This document shows, in pieces, positions 35,558 to 44,969 of a stretch of 64,000 bases of DNA. Source of the stretch: Candidatus Termititenax persephonae (GTDB lineage Bacteria > Margulisbacteria > Termititenacia > Termititenacales > Termititenacaceae); the NCBI GenBank assembly GCA_003864475.1, contig BGZO01000002.1, positions 16,137 to 80,136 on the forward strand, written 5' to 3'. The position numbers were made by a program, and so were the translations under genes. Position 1 is the stretch's first letter, and each line of letters starts with the position of its first letter. The notes beneath the pieces were generated by a model. It had not been told where the DNA came from. It did no database searches and saw only the letters and a list, made by a program, of their open reading frames with translations.

Positions 35558-36532
35558 ATGAATATATTAGTTACGGGCGGCGCGGGCTATATCGGCTCGC
35601 ATATAACGCGCTATATTTTGCGCCGCGATTTGCGGCCAGTGGTCTTGGACAATCTCGTCTACGGGCATCGGGAGAGCGTCCCACGGGGCGTGCCTTTTTA
35701 TCACGGTCAGATTGCTGACTCAAAACTCGTCGCCAAAATAATCCGCCAAGAAAAAATCAACGCCGTCATGCATTTTTCGGCCTACGCTTATGTCGGCGAA
35801 TCTGTCGAGAATCCGCAAAAATATTATGAGAACAATTTTTGCCAAACCCAAAAATTGCTGGAAACTTTGCTGGCGCACGATATTAAATATTTTATTTTTT
35901 CCTCAACCTGCGCAACCTATGGGATTCACGCTACCACGAAATTGAGCGAAACCCTGCCGCAAAACCCCATCAACCCTTACGGCTTTACCAAGCTGGCAGT
36001 GGAAAGAATGTTGAGCGACTACAGCCAAGCTTATGGCCTGCACTACGCCGCCCTGCGTTATTTCAACGCGGCGGGCGCGGACGATGACGGCGCAATCGGC
36101 GAAGCGCATGACCCGGAAACTCACTTAATCCCGCTGGCCTTGCAGTCTATCCTGAACCCGGAAAAACAATTAAAAATTTTCGGCACGGATTACCCCACGC
36201 CGGACGGCACCTGCGTGCGCGACTATATCCATGTCTACGACTTGGCTGCCGCGCATCTTCAGGCGCTGGACTACATTATGCGAAAAAAAACTTCGGATTG
36301 TTTTAATCTCGGCTCGGAAAACGGCTATTCGGTCAAGGCCATAATCCAAACCTGTGAAAAAATCAGCGGCCTTAAAGTAAATTATCAGGAGACAGTCCGA
36401 CGCGCCGGCGACCCGGCGTACCTCGTCGCGGATTCCAGCAAGGCGCACAAAATCCTCGGCTGGCAGGCCCGTTATGACTTGGAAAAAATCATCGCCACCG
36501 CCTGGCAGTGGGAAAAATACCGCCGTTACTAA
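35558..36532 (+). CDS. galE: UDP-glucose 4-epimerase
   Basis: Motifs GGAGYIGSH, YGFTK (YxxxK) and LRYFNAAGA. Confidence 0.92.
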   Translation: MNILVTGGAGYIGSHITRYILRRDLRPVVLDNLVYGHRESVPRGVPFYHGQIADSKLVAKIIRQEKINAVMHFSAYAYVGESVENPQKYYENNFCQTQKLLETLLAHDIKYFIFSSTCATYGIHATTKLSETLPQNPINPYGFTKLAVERMLSDYSQAYGLHYAALRYFNAAGADDDGAIGEAHDPETHLIPLALQSILNPEKQLKIFGTDYPTPDGTCVRDYIHVYDLAAAHLQALDYIMRKKTSDCFNLGSENGYSVKAIIQTCEKISGLKVNYQETVRRAGDPAYLVADSSKAHKILGWQARYDLEKIIATAWQWEKYRRY

Positions 36533-37440
36533 AGTATTCCTTGCTGTTTTAAAAGATTTTTCAGTTTTTCTAGGACTTTGTCTTGGATTTGCCGAACCCT
36601 TTCTTTGGTAATAGAAAACTCCCGGCCAACATCGGCTAGAGTTTGTTTGTGTCCGCTATTCAGCCCAAAACGGGCGCTGATAATATCGCGTTCTCGTTCG
36701 GAAAAAATATTCTCCTTCAGCAGTTGTTGGATAAACATCCGGTCGACCAGCCGATTCTCAAAAAGTCCTGCGGTGGAAATTTTCAGAGAATTTACCAAGG
36801 TTTTCTTCCCCTCAGCGTCCAGCGGTGCATCTAAAGAAATCAACTGTTGTAACCGTCCAGCATTTTTAGTAACCCGAACTTCTTCAGGGGAAACACCTAG
36901 GTACCTAGCGTAATCCTCGTCGGTCCAGCGGCGTTGATAATCCTGCTCGGCAATTTTCGCTAGATTTTGTAATCTATGGACACGCTTCCGCACCTCCTCG
37001 GGCAGGTGTATAGCTTCGGACATTTTATTGGCCACAACCTCTGTCATCCGGGGAACTAAGCAACTGGTAGCATAAGTTGAAAATCGATAACCCTTGCGGT
37101 AGTCAAAATTTTCCGCCACGGTTAGTAGAACAATATTGCCTTCCTGAATTAAATCCATAAATTGAGTAGTTTTTACAGTTTTCAGAAAACGTTTGTAAAT
37201 AATGGCAACAACTAAAAGCAAATTAGCCTTAACCAGCTCCTGTTTAGCCTCCTCTTTGGCTCGCAACGCCTGCGGAGTAGCGTCTGGTTTTTTCCCTTCC
37301 AGGATTGCGGCACCCAGCCGCTGCTCTTGTTTCCGAGTTAATAATCGTTGCCGCCGAATCTCACGCAGATACAAAGTTAATATATTCTCTGTTCGTTCCG
37401 CCGCGCTACTCAATCTTTTTATATTTAAACTCCGCATCAA
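36529..37440 (-). CDS. Sigma70-family factor with a divergent region 2.3/2.4
   Basis: 303 aa with regions 1.2 to 4.2 recognisable (LIQEGNIVLL, TLADVGREFSITKERVRQIQDKVLEKL). It reads YATSCLVPRM where the other two paralogues have [11 protein letters not shown] is lower than in neighbouring genes. Confidence 0.8.
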   Translation of the reverse strand: MMRSLNIKRLSSAAERTENILTLYLREIRRQRLLTRKQEQRLGAAILEGKKPDATPQALRAKEEAKQELVKANLLLVVAIIYKRFLKTVKTTQFMDLIQEGNIVLLTVAENFDYRKGYRFSTYATSCLVPRMTEVVANKMSEAIHLPEEVRKRVHRLQNLAKIAEQDYQRRWTDEDYARYLGVSPEEVRVTKNAGRLQQLISLDAPLDAEGKKTLVNSLKISTAGLFENRLVDRMFIQQLLKENIFSERERDIISARFGLNSGHKQTLADVGREFSITKERVRQIQDKVLEKLKNLLKQQGIL

Positions 37441-37480
37441 TCACCCTTTCGCTATTTTTTTCAGGCTGTATAATCCTGCC

Positions 37481-38464
37481 TTAAAAATCAAGATAGTCTC
37501 GTATTCTTTTAATAAACTGCCTGTCTAGGCGCAACTTATTTAGGGCTTTCTCTTCTATCTGGCGGACACGCTCTCTACTAACATGCAAATAAGCACCTAT
37601 TTCCCGCAGGGTGCGAAAAGTTTTACCATTCAAGCAAAAACGCCACTCTAAAACATGTCTTTCTCTGGGAGTCAGCTTGTCCAGATGTTTTTGGACAGTA
37701 TCCACAAGCATCGTATCCATCATCGTATCCATAACCGCGTCTTCCGGTCTGGCATAGATATCATCTGGCAGTATATCAATCAAGTTAACTTGATTGTCTC
37801 CTTTTTCTTTTTCTTGAGAATATACTTGAGCATCTAGGGATACGTAAGTTCGCCGCAACAATTGCGCATGCTCGCGCACTTTTGCCGGCAACCAGCCAAG
37901 ATATTCTGCCAATTCTATCTCCGTAGGTTCGCGCTCTAAGGACTCGAACAATACATTTAACGCTCCTTGAAAAGTCTGCAACGAATCATGCTTATGCACA
38001 GGCACACGTATCAGCCAGCCTTTGTCCGCAAAGCTACTAAGTATCGCCTGGCGTATCCACCAAGTGGCATAGGTGGCAAACGCATACCCGCGCCGGTAGT
38101 CAAATTTAATCACGGCGCGCATTAGGCCAATATTGCCTTCTTGAATCACATCCTCAAACGATAAGCTTTGAGGAATTTTATATTTTTTAGCAATAGCCAC
38201 TACCAGCCGTAGATTATGCTTAAACAACTTTTGCGCCGCGGCAGAACCTTTTCGTCTGGTCTCTTCATCAGCGTCCGGCTGATTACCTTTCGCTATTTCT
38301 GCACTCAAAATACAGACTTCTTGTTTTTCTAAAGGAGGATATTTTTTTAGTTCAATAAAATAGCCGTGCAATATATCTTCTTCTCTATCTGTATAGGGCT
38401 TTGTTGAACTCTGCTGGGAAACAGCATTTTTGACAGCAATTTTTTTGGTCTGACAAATGAGCAT
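37481..38464 (-). CDS. Sigma70-family factor (group 2-like paralogue)
   Basis: 327 aa with [36 protein letters not shown] and [28 protein letters not shown]. Confidence 0.85.
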   Translation of the reverse strand: MLICQTKKIAVKNAVSQQSSTKPYTDREEDILHGYFIELKKYPPLEKQEVCILSAEIAKGNQPDADEETRRKGSAAAQKLFKHNLRLVVAIAKKYKIPQSLSFEDVIQEGNIGLMRAVIKFDYRRGYAFATYATWWIRQAILSSFADKGWLIRVPVHKHDSLQTFQGALNVLFESLEREPTEIELAEYLGWLPAKVREHAQLLRRTYVSLDAQVYSQEKEKGDNQVNLIDILPDDIYARPEDAVMDTMMDTMLVDTVQKHLDKLTPRERHVLEWRFCLNGKTFRTLREIGAYLHVSRERVRQIEEKALNKLRLDRQFIKRIRDYLDF

Positions 38465-38514
38465 CTTAAATCACATAACTCCTTTGCTCCAACTTCAAAC
38501 CGCTTGGCGCAAGT

Positions 38515-39891
38515 TTAATTTAGGTATTCCAACAACCGCTGATTCCGCGAAGGGTGGCGCAGTTTTTTGAGCGCCTTGGCCTCAATCTGGCGGATGCGCT
38601 CGCGGGTAACATTGTACACCTTGCCGACCTCTTCCAGCGTGCGCGGCCGCTCGTCGTCCATGCCAAAACGCAGGCGCAGTACCATGCTCTCGCGCTCGGT
38701 CAAAGTCTTGATGACTTCTTTCAACTCCTCTTTGAGCATATTGGTTACCACCTGGTCATCCATGTCGAGATTTGAACCCTCTTCGACAAAATCGCCCAAG
38801 CGCGAACTGTCCTCATCCCCGATGGGCATTTCCAGCGAGAGCGGCACTTGCGCCACCTTGAGAATCTCCCGCACCTTGTCAATCAGGATGCCGGAATGTT
38901 TCGCCAATTCCTCGTCGGTCGGTTTGCGCGACAGTTTTTGCAACAGCATCCGCGAGACTTTACGCAGTTTGTTAATCGTCTCGACCATATGCACCGGGAT
39001 GCGGATAGTGCGGGCCTGGTCGGCGATAGCACGTGTGATGGCCTGGCGTATCCACCAAGTCGCGTAAGTCGAAAACTTATAGCCCTTGCGGTGGTCAAAT
39101 TTTTCCACGGCACGGATCAAACCGAGATTACCCTCCTGAATCAAATCCAGAAACTGCATACCGCGCCCGGTATATTTTTTGGCAATGCTGACGACCAGCC
39201 GCAGATTGCTGTTCGTCAAAACCTGTTTTGCCTCCTCACTGCCTTGGCGGATTCTCTTGGCCAACTCCTGCTCCTCGGCAAAGGTCAGCAGATTAATCAT
39301 GCCAATCTCGCGCAGATACATGCGCACCGCATCGTCCACGCCGATGGATTCACTCTTCTTCAAGAGTGTCGCGGCTTTCTTGACCTCAATCTTGCCCGCC
39401 GCCGTCGCGATATTATTGGAACTGTCCGCAATCAGCTCGTCGTCATGCACCACCGGCAAAACTTCTTCTTCTTCCTCCAGCCCGGTCGCCACCTCATCGT
39501 CTTTGAGAATCTCCACGCCTTGATTGACGAAATCCTCCGTAATCATCATCGCTTCTTCGGGGTCGTCAAAGACATTCAAAATATCATCGGGGGTCAAGCC
39601 ATTTTTCGTCTTGGCTTTCTGTTCCAATAATTTTTTCTTCGTCTCATAATCTTCTTTCTTCTGTTTAGGGGTCAGCTGTGTCGTACCAGTCAGAACGATA
39701 TTGGAAGCCAAGGCCTGCAAATCTTCTTTATTGACCAAGACTGTCTTGGCAGCCTTGGACACTTTCTGCGGCGTTTTGCTTGGCTGGGTAACCGAAGCTT
39801 TTTTGACCGATTTACTGGGTTGTTTTTTGGGTTTGCCGGGTTTTGCCGAAGCCTTGATTTTCTTAGGTGTTGGCTTTTTATTTTTTTTCAT
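38515..39891 (-). CDS. rpoD: Primary sigma factor RpoD (Lys/Pro-rich N-terminus)
   Basis: 458 aa with [34 protein letters not shown] and [30 protein letters not shown]. It lies downstream of dnaG. RBS GAGGAAG. Confidence 0.93.
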   Translation of the reverse strand: MKKNKKPTPKKIKASAKPGKPKKQPSKSVKKASVTQPSKTPQKVSKAAKTVLVNKEDLQALASNIVLTGTTQLTPKQKKEDYETKKKLLEQKAKTKNGLTPDDILNVFDDPEEAMMITEDFVNQGVEILKDDEVATGLEEEEEVLPVVHDDELIADSSNNIATAAGKIEVKKAATLLKKSESIGVDDAVRMYLREIGMINLLTFAEEQELAKRIRQGSEEAKQVLTNSNLRLVVSIAKKYTGRGMQFLDLIQEGNLGLIRAVEKFDHRKGYKFSTYATWWIRQAITRAIADQARTIRIPVHMVETINKLRKVSRMLLQKLSRKPTDEELAKHSGILIDKVREILKVAQVPLSLEMPIGDEDSSRLGDFVEEGSNLDMDDQVVTNMLKEELKEVIKTLTERESMVLRLRFGMDDERPRTLEEVGKVYNVTRERIRQIEAKALKKLRHPSRNQRLLEYLN

Positions 39892-39911
39892 TTATCTCTG
39901 CACTTCCTCTG

Positions 39912-39967
39912 TCTCGCTTGTTCTATCTCACTTGTTCTATCTCACTTGTTCTATCTCAATTGTTGCA
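39912..39967. repeat. 14-bp tandem repeat x4 (TCTCACTTGTTCTA) spanning the dnaG stop and the dnaG-rpoD spacer
   Basis: Copies lie at 39912-39925, 39926-39939, 39940-39953 and, in degenerate form, 39954-39967. The last two contain the dnaG stop codon and its final codons. Confidence 0.9.
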
Positions 39968-41660
39968 ATTCCTGCATCAATTCCGCGGCCTTTTGCTCAT
40001 CGCCAGCCGCCTCCGCCGCCGCCAGCGCACCGCTCAAACTTTCCCGGCAGGCTTCAACCTTGCGTTGTACCAAAAGCTTAAAACACTCTTCGCCGCCCGC
40101 CAAACCTTGCTTGACCAGACAAGCGCTGATTTTGGCTTTTACCGCGGCCAATTCAGGCCTCTCTTCCAAATAGTCAACCAATTTATCGTCAGTAAACTCG
40201 CTTTGTTGCAAATATTTTACAGTCTCCCGCCATTCTTCCGCCAAATCCTCCGGCTGAAAACTGGCAAAAAACCGCTGACGCAAACCAACACTGCCAATCA
40301 TGGCGGCAACCAAACCCTCCTCCGCCCGGACATATTTGCTGGGCGGCGGCGCAGGCACATATTTTGGCGGGACAATGCCCTTTTCCCCGAAGCCTGTATT
40401 TATACTACTTTTCCGGCTCTCATGCAATATCTCCGGCGCGACGGACACTTTGCGGCTCAGCCATTGGACATACTCGTTTTCCAGCACCCGGTCGCCCAGC
40501 CCAGCCAGCATTTGCAAACATTCGCGGACGGACTGCGCCTTTTGCAGCCTGTCGCGCAGGTCATATTTACCCAAAATCCGCAGCAACTTGTACTGCACAA
40601 AGTCCCCGGCCTCAGCGACGGCTCGCCGCAAGCCTTCCACCCCGTGTTTTTGAATCATCTCGTCGGGATCCTTGACCGGTATATCCAAAACCCGCGCCTG
40701 AAAACCTAATCCCGCCAAAACCTCGATGGCCTTGTCCGCGGCATTCAGCCCGGCCTCGTCTTGGTCATAGGCGATAACCACATTTTTGCTGTACCGCGCC
40801 AGAAGCCGCGCCTGGCTGGCGGTAAAAGCCGTGCCAAGCGAGGCGACCGCATTGCCCAATCCGGCAGAATGACAGGCGATCACGTCCATCTGCCCCTCGA
40901 CCAGTATGGTCTTGTCCTGCGTGGCAATCGCTTTCTTGGCCAAATGCAGTCCGTAGAGATTATAACCCTTGGTAAAAATCGGCGTTTCGGGAGAATTAAC
41001 GTACTTCGCCGTCTCCTCCGGCTCGACAATCCGCCCGCTAAAAGCGACAACTTTGCCCTGCGGATTGGCAATCGGAAACATCAAACGCTTGTGAAAACGG
41101 TCGAGATACCCGCCGCCGTCGCGGCGCACCGCCAAGCCCGCTTCGGCAATCTTCTCAGGCGGATATTTGCCCTGCAAAAAATCCAGCAAGCCCGTCCAGC
41201 TACCCGGCGCGAACCCTAAGCCAAAAGCCTTGACCGTCTCCGGGGACAGCTTGCGCTCCTGCAGATAAAGCTGCGCCCGGTCGCTGCGTTCCAGCTGCTG
41301 GCGGAAATACTCCGCGGCCTCTTCGTTAATCTGGTAAAGCAGTTTGTGCTGTTCATAATGCGCGTTTTTAATCTCGGCAATCTCCACGCCGCACTGCTCC
41401 CCGAGAATCCGTACCGCCTGTCCAAAATCGACATGCTCCATCTCGCGAATAAAGGAAAAAACATCGCCATTCTTGCCGCAACCAAAACAATGAAAAATCC
41501 CTTTGTCCGGCGAGACCGTAAAAGACGGCGTTTTCTCTTTGTGAAAAGGGCAGAGTCCTAGGTAATTATGCCCGCGTTTTTTGAGCGGTACGTAACGGCC
41601 AATCACCGCAACGATGTCCGCCTTGAGCTTAATCTCATCTTTGATTCTTGGGTCAATCAT
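39951..41660 (-). CDS. dnaG: DNA primase
   Basis: Zinc ribbon CPFHKEKTPSFTVSPDKGIFHCFGCG and Toprim motif ILVEGQMDVIA. I placed the start at MIDPRIKDEI (41660). The listed ATG at 41732 would overlap the divergent mpg start codon and its promoter. Confidence 0.9.
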   Translation of the reverse strand: MIDPRIKDEIKLKADIVAVIGRYVPLKKRGHNYLGLCPFHKEKTPSFTVSPDKGIFHCFGCGKNGDVFSFIREMEHVDFGQAVRILGEQCGVEIAEIKNAHYEQHKLLYQINEEAAEYFRQQLERSDRAQLYLQERKLSPETVKAFGLGFAPGSWTGLLDFLQGKYPPEKIAEAGLAVRRDGGGYLDRFHKRLMFPIANPQGKVVAFSGRIVEPEETAKYVNSPETPIFTKGYNLYGLHLAKKAIATQDKTILVEGQMDVIACHSAGLGNAVASLGTAFTASQARLLARYSKNVVIAYDQDEAGLNAADKAIEVLAGLGFQARVLDIPVKDPDEMIQKHGVEGLRRAVAEAGDFVQYKLLRILGKYDLRDRLQKAQSVRECLQMLAGLGDRVLENEYVQWLSRKVSVAPEILHESRKSSINTGFGEKGIVPPKYVPAPPPSKYVRAEEGLVAAMIGSVGLRQRFFASFQPEDLAEEWRETVKYLQQSEFTDDKLVDYLEERPELAAVKAKISACLVKQGLAGGEECFKLLVQRKVEACRESLSGALAAAEAAGDEQKAAELMQELQQLR

Positions 41661-41698
41661 AGGGTTTAGTCTCGTCATTCTAGCCAAGCAACTTGTAT

Positions 41699-41725
41699 TT
41701 GACCAGACGCGCCCGGTGGTATAAT
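41699..41725 (+). promoter_or_regulatory. mpg promoter with extended -10 (TTGACC, 15 nt spacer, TGgTATAAT)
   Basis: TATAAT at 41720-41725 is preceded by TGG. The ATG at 41731 is only 5 nt downstream and has no SD, implying a leaderless or near-leaderless mRNA. Confidence 0.45.
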
Positions 41726-41730
41726 CAGCC

Positions 41731-42357
41731 ATGCTGTCCGCCAGATTTTTTCAACGCTCGACCACGGAACTGGCGCGGGAGCTGCTCGGCAAATATCTCG
41801 TCTATGGGCGGCTGTGGGGCAAAATCGTCGAAACCGAAGCCTATCTGTACCACGGCGACCCGGGTTGCCACGCGCACAGAGGCCTGACCCCGCGCAACGC
41901 GCCGATGTTTGGCCCGGCCGGACGCACTTATGTTTATCTCATTTACGGCATGTATTATTGCCTGAATATCGTCAGCGGCAAGGTTGGCGAGGGCGAGGCC
42001 GTTCTGATTCGCGCGCTGGAGCCGGTCAAAGGGCTGGAGATTATGCAGAAAAACCGCCGCACGTTAAAAATCGAGAATCTCTGCAGCGGCCCGGGCAAAC
42101 TGACGCAGGCTTTTGGCCTCACCAAAAAGCACAATAATTTGAGTTTACAAAAAGGCCCTCTGCATATTTATGACAACCAAGAAAAACCTGTCATTCTAAC
42201 TTCCACACGCATAGGCTTGAATGTAGGTAAAGAATTGCCTTTGCGGTTTTTTATTCAAGGGAATAGATTTGTGTCAAATTACCGCCCCGCCACTGAATAT
42301 AGGCCACGGCAAATCAATGCTTTTGCCAAGCAAGCAATAAAACTCAAAAACCATTAA
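41731..42357 (+). CDS. mpg: DNA-3-methyladenine glycosylase (Mpg/AAG family)
   Basis: Contains ELARELLGKYLV...ETEAYLYHGDPGCHAHRGLTPRNAPMFGPAGRTYVYLIYGMYYCLNIV. Confidence 0.9.
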   Translation: MLSARFFQRSTTELARELLGKYLVYGRLWGKIVETEAYLYHGDPGCHAHRGLTPRNAPMFGPAGRTYVYLIYGMYYCLNIVSGKVGEGEAVLIRALEPVKGLEIMQKNRRTLKIENLCSGPGKLTQAFGLTKKHNNLSLQKGPLHIYDNQEKPVILTSTRIGLNVGKELPLRFFIQGNRFVSNYRPATEYRPRQINAFAKQAIKLKNH

Positions 42358-42402
42358 AGTTTCGCCTGTTAATAACAAAAACTTCACAAGACCACCGCAC
42401 CG

Positions 42403-44568
42403 TCAGTGCTTCTGACGTTTTTTTTGGACGTAAAATGTCTTGGGCCGTCTGGGCAAGCTTTGCCTGGGTGTCAGTTGGGCGCGGATATTTTGCAGCAGGT
42501 TTTGCGTGGGCCGGGGCAGTTCGCCAAAACGGTCGCGCAAATCCTGCTCGATGTTTTCCACCTCTGCCAGGGACTTCGCGTCCATGATGCGGCGGTAAAA
42601 AGCAATGCGTAAAACCTCCTCAGCCAGATAATCTTCCGGCAGATAATTTTCCTGCGCGGCGGGCAGTTTAAATATTTTCTCCGGCTCGACGGTTTCCCCG
42701 CGCACCTCGCGCACGGACTCCTCCAGCATCTTACTGTACAGCGTGAAGCCGACGTTCTGCACGAAGCCGGACTGCTGCGCCCCGAGAATATTGCCCGAGC
42801 CGCGAATCTCCAAATCCCGCATCGCCAGGCGATACCCCGCGCCGAGCATCGTAAATTCTTTCAGCGCGTGTAGGCGGGACTCCGCTTCCGCCCGCAAAAC
42901 CTTCGCGGGATTGTAAAAAAGATAGGCATAAGCCTGCTGGGCGCTGCGCCCCACCCGGCCACGGATTTGGTGCAGCTGCGCCAAGCCAAAATGGTCAGCC
43001 TGCAACACGACAATCGTATTGGCCCCGGGAATGTCAATGCCGTTCTCGATAATCGTCGTGCAGAGCAGCACGTCCGTCCGCCGCTCCACAAAATCCAGCA
43101 CCGCTTTTTCCAAATCCGCCTTGGGCATCCGGCCGTGCGTAACCGCCGCGCGCGCCGCGGGAGTTAATTCCTTAATCTTGCGCTGCCAGTAGCCCAGCGT
43201 TTTAATGTCGTCGTTTAAAACAAAAACCTGCCCGCCGCGCGCCAATTCACTTGTCAAGGCTCGGCGCAAGGCAGCGTCGGAATAGCCGGACAGGACGGTT
43301 TTAATCGCGCGGCGGGCTTTGGGCGGCGTACGCAGGATGCTGATGTCGCGCATACCCGAAAGCGAAAGGTACATTGTCCGTGGAATCGGCGTGGCGGACA
43401 GCGTGAGAATATCGACATTGACAGTCAGCCGCTTGATGAATTCCTTATGCTCCACGCCGAAACGCTGTTCCTCATCCACAATCAGCAGACCCAAATCCCG
43501 GAAGCCGATGTCCTTTTGCAAAAGTCGGTGCGTGCCGATGACAATATCGACCCTGCCCGCCTTCAACTCCCGGACGATGCGCAGGTTTTCCGCCGCCGTG
43601 TGAAAACGCGAAAGCATTTGAATCTGCAGGCCACAGCCTTGGAGACGCGCTAGAAAATTACGGTAATGCTGGCTGACCAAAATCGTCGTCGGAGCCAGCA
43701 TCGCCACCTGCTTGCCGGACAGAGCCATTTTGCAGGCGGCACGCAGGGCAATCTCTGTTTTGCCAAAACCCACATCGCCGCAAATCAATCTGTCCATCGG
43801 ACAGGGGGCTTCCATATCCCGCTTGACCGCCGCGATGGCCTCCAGCTGGTCCGGCGTTTCCTCATAAGGAAAATCCTCCTCCACGGCAAGCTGCTGTTCG
43901 GTGTCCTCCGGGCAGGGCCAGCCTGTGGTCAGTTTGCGCAGGCGGTAAAGATTGAACAGCTCCAGCGCGATATTTTTCGCGGCAGTTCTGGCCTTTTGCT
44001 TGGTCTTCTCCCAAGAATTGTTCTTGGCGCTCAGCCGCGTCAATTCAGGACACGCCGCGCCGGCCGAGTAACGGTGCAGCCAGCGCGACTGATTGAGCGG
44101 CACATAGACCCGCTCGCTGCCCGCAAACTGCAACTCATAGTATTCCCCCGCCACGGACTCTTCCTGCAAATAAGTCAGCCCGCGGAAAATCGCAATGCCG
44201 TAGTTCTCATGCACCACATAATCGCCCGGCTGAAAATCCGGCAGGAGATAATCCTCCGCCTCGCTGAAATCCGTCGCGCGTATCAGCGCTTTGGGCAACG
44301 GCTGATACGGCTTGATGTCGACAAATTCCAGCTTGGTCAGGGAACGCTGGTCAAGAATATTAAAAGAACGGATGCTGTCCAGCGTCTTATCCAAAAATTC
44401 CAGACGCACTGGCGTGGCATAACCTTGCGGGAAAATATCCAAGATTCCGCCGCGTACCGCCAGCTCGCCGCGGTCAACCACCAGCTCCACCCGCTGATAA
44501 CCAAGGCCGACCATCTCGGCGGTCAGCGCGGAAAAATCGTAGTCTTGGGCGCAGGTCAGCCGCATCAA
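42403..44568 (-). CDS. mfd: Transcription-repair coupling factor, compact form (721 aa)
   Basis: RNAP-interaction region FQPGDYVVHENYGIAIFRGL and SF2 motifs GDVGFGKTE, DEEQRFGV and QLHQIRGRVGRS. Only about 110 aa precede the RID and the C-terminal domain is cut short. The start overlaps the upstream stop (ATGA). Confidence 0.88.
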   Translation of the reverse strand: MMRLTCAQDYDFSALTAEMVGLGYQRVELVVDRGELAVRGGILDIFPQGYATPVRLEFLDKTLDSIRSFNILDQRSLTKLEFVDIKPYQPLPKALIRATDFSEAEDYLLPDFQPGDYVVHENYGIAIFRGLTYLQEESVAGEYYELQFAGSERVYVPLNQSRWLHRYSAGAACPELTRLSAKNNSWEKTKQKARTAAKNIALELFNLYRLRKLTTGWPCPEDTEQQLAVEEDFPYEETPDQLEAIAAVKRDMEAPCPMDRLICGDVGFGKTEIALRAACKMALSGKQVAMLAPTTILVSQHYRNFLARLQGCGLQIQMLSRFHTAAENLRIVRELKAGRVDIVIGTHRLLQKDIGFRDLGLLIVDEEQRFGVEHKEFIKRLTVNVDILTLSATPIPRTMYLSLSGMRDISILRTPPKARRAIKTVLSGYSDAALRRALTSELARGGQVFVLNDDIKTLGYWQRKIKELTPAARAAVTHGRMPKADLEKAVLDFVERRTDVLLCTTIIENGIDIPGANTIVVLQADHFGLAQLHQIRGRVGRSAQQAYAYLFYNPAKVLRAEAESRLHALKEFTMLGAGYRLAMRDLEIRGSGNILGAQQSGFVQNVGFTLYSKMLEESVREVRGETVEPEKIFKLPAAQENYLPEDYLAEEVLRIAFYRRIMDAKSLAEVENIEQDLRDRFGELPRPTQNLLQNIRAQLTPRQSLPRRPKTFYVQKKRQKH

Positions 44569-44933
44569 CTGCGCGAAATCAAAGTAACGCCGAGCATAAT
44601 CACCAGCACGCCCAGCCAGCGCACCGCCGAGACCGGCTCCCGAAAAAAGAAAAAGGAAGCCAGCAGCACGACCGCATAGCCCAGACTAAGCAGCGGATAG
44701 GCGAAACTCAAATCCACGCGCGACAGCACAATCATCCAGAAAAGCGAGGAAACAAAATAAAAAATAAAACCCGCCAAAACCCAAGGATTAGTGAAAGCCC
44801 GGACAAACTGCGGGACAATCTGCGCGGCGAGACCAAAATCAAACTGCCCAACTAGGGACATGCCTTTTTTCAAAAACAACTGCCCCACCACGCCAATCAA
44901 GACCGGCACCAGCACCAATAAAATCGTCTGCAT
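44565..44933 (-). CDS. EamA/ArnE-like small four-TM transporter (possible lipid-linked sugar flippase subunit)
   Basis: I prefer the start at MQTILLV (44933), which has AAGGAGGG upstream. The protein is hydrophobic with a DMT-like C-terminus, FREPVSAVRWLGVLVIMLGVTLI. Confidence 0.6.
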   Translation of the reverse strand: MQTILLVLVPVLIGVVGQLFLKKGMSLVGQFDFGLAAQIVPQFVRAFTNPWVLAGFIFYFVSSLFWMIVLSRVDLSFAYPLLSLGYAVVLLASFFFFREPVSAVRWLGVLVIMLGVTLISRS

Positions 44934-44969
44934 AGACCCTCCTTTTTTCTCTGCTTGATTCGTCATAGC

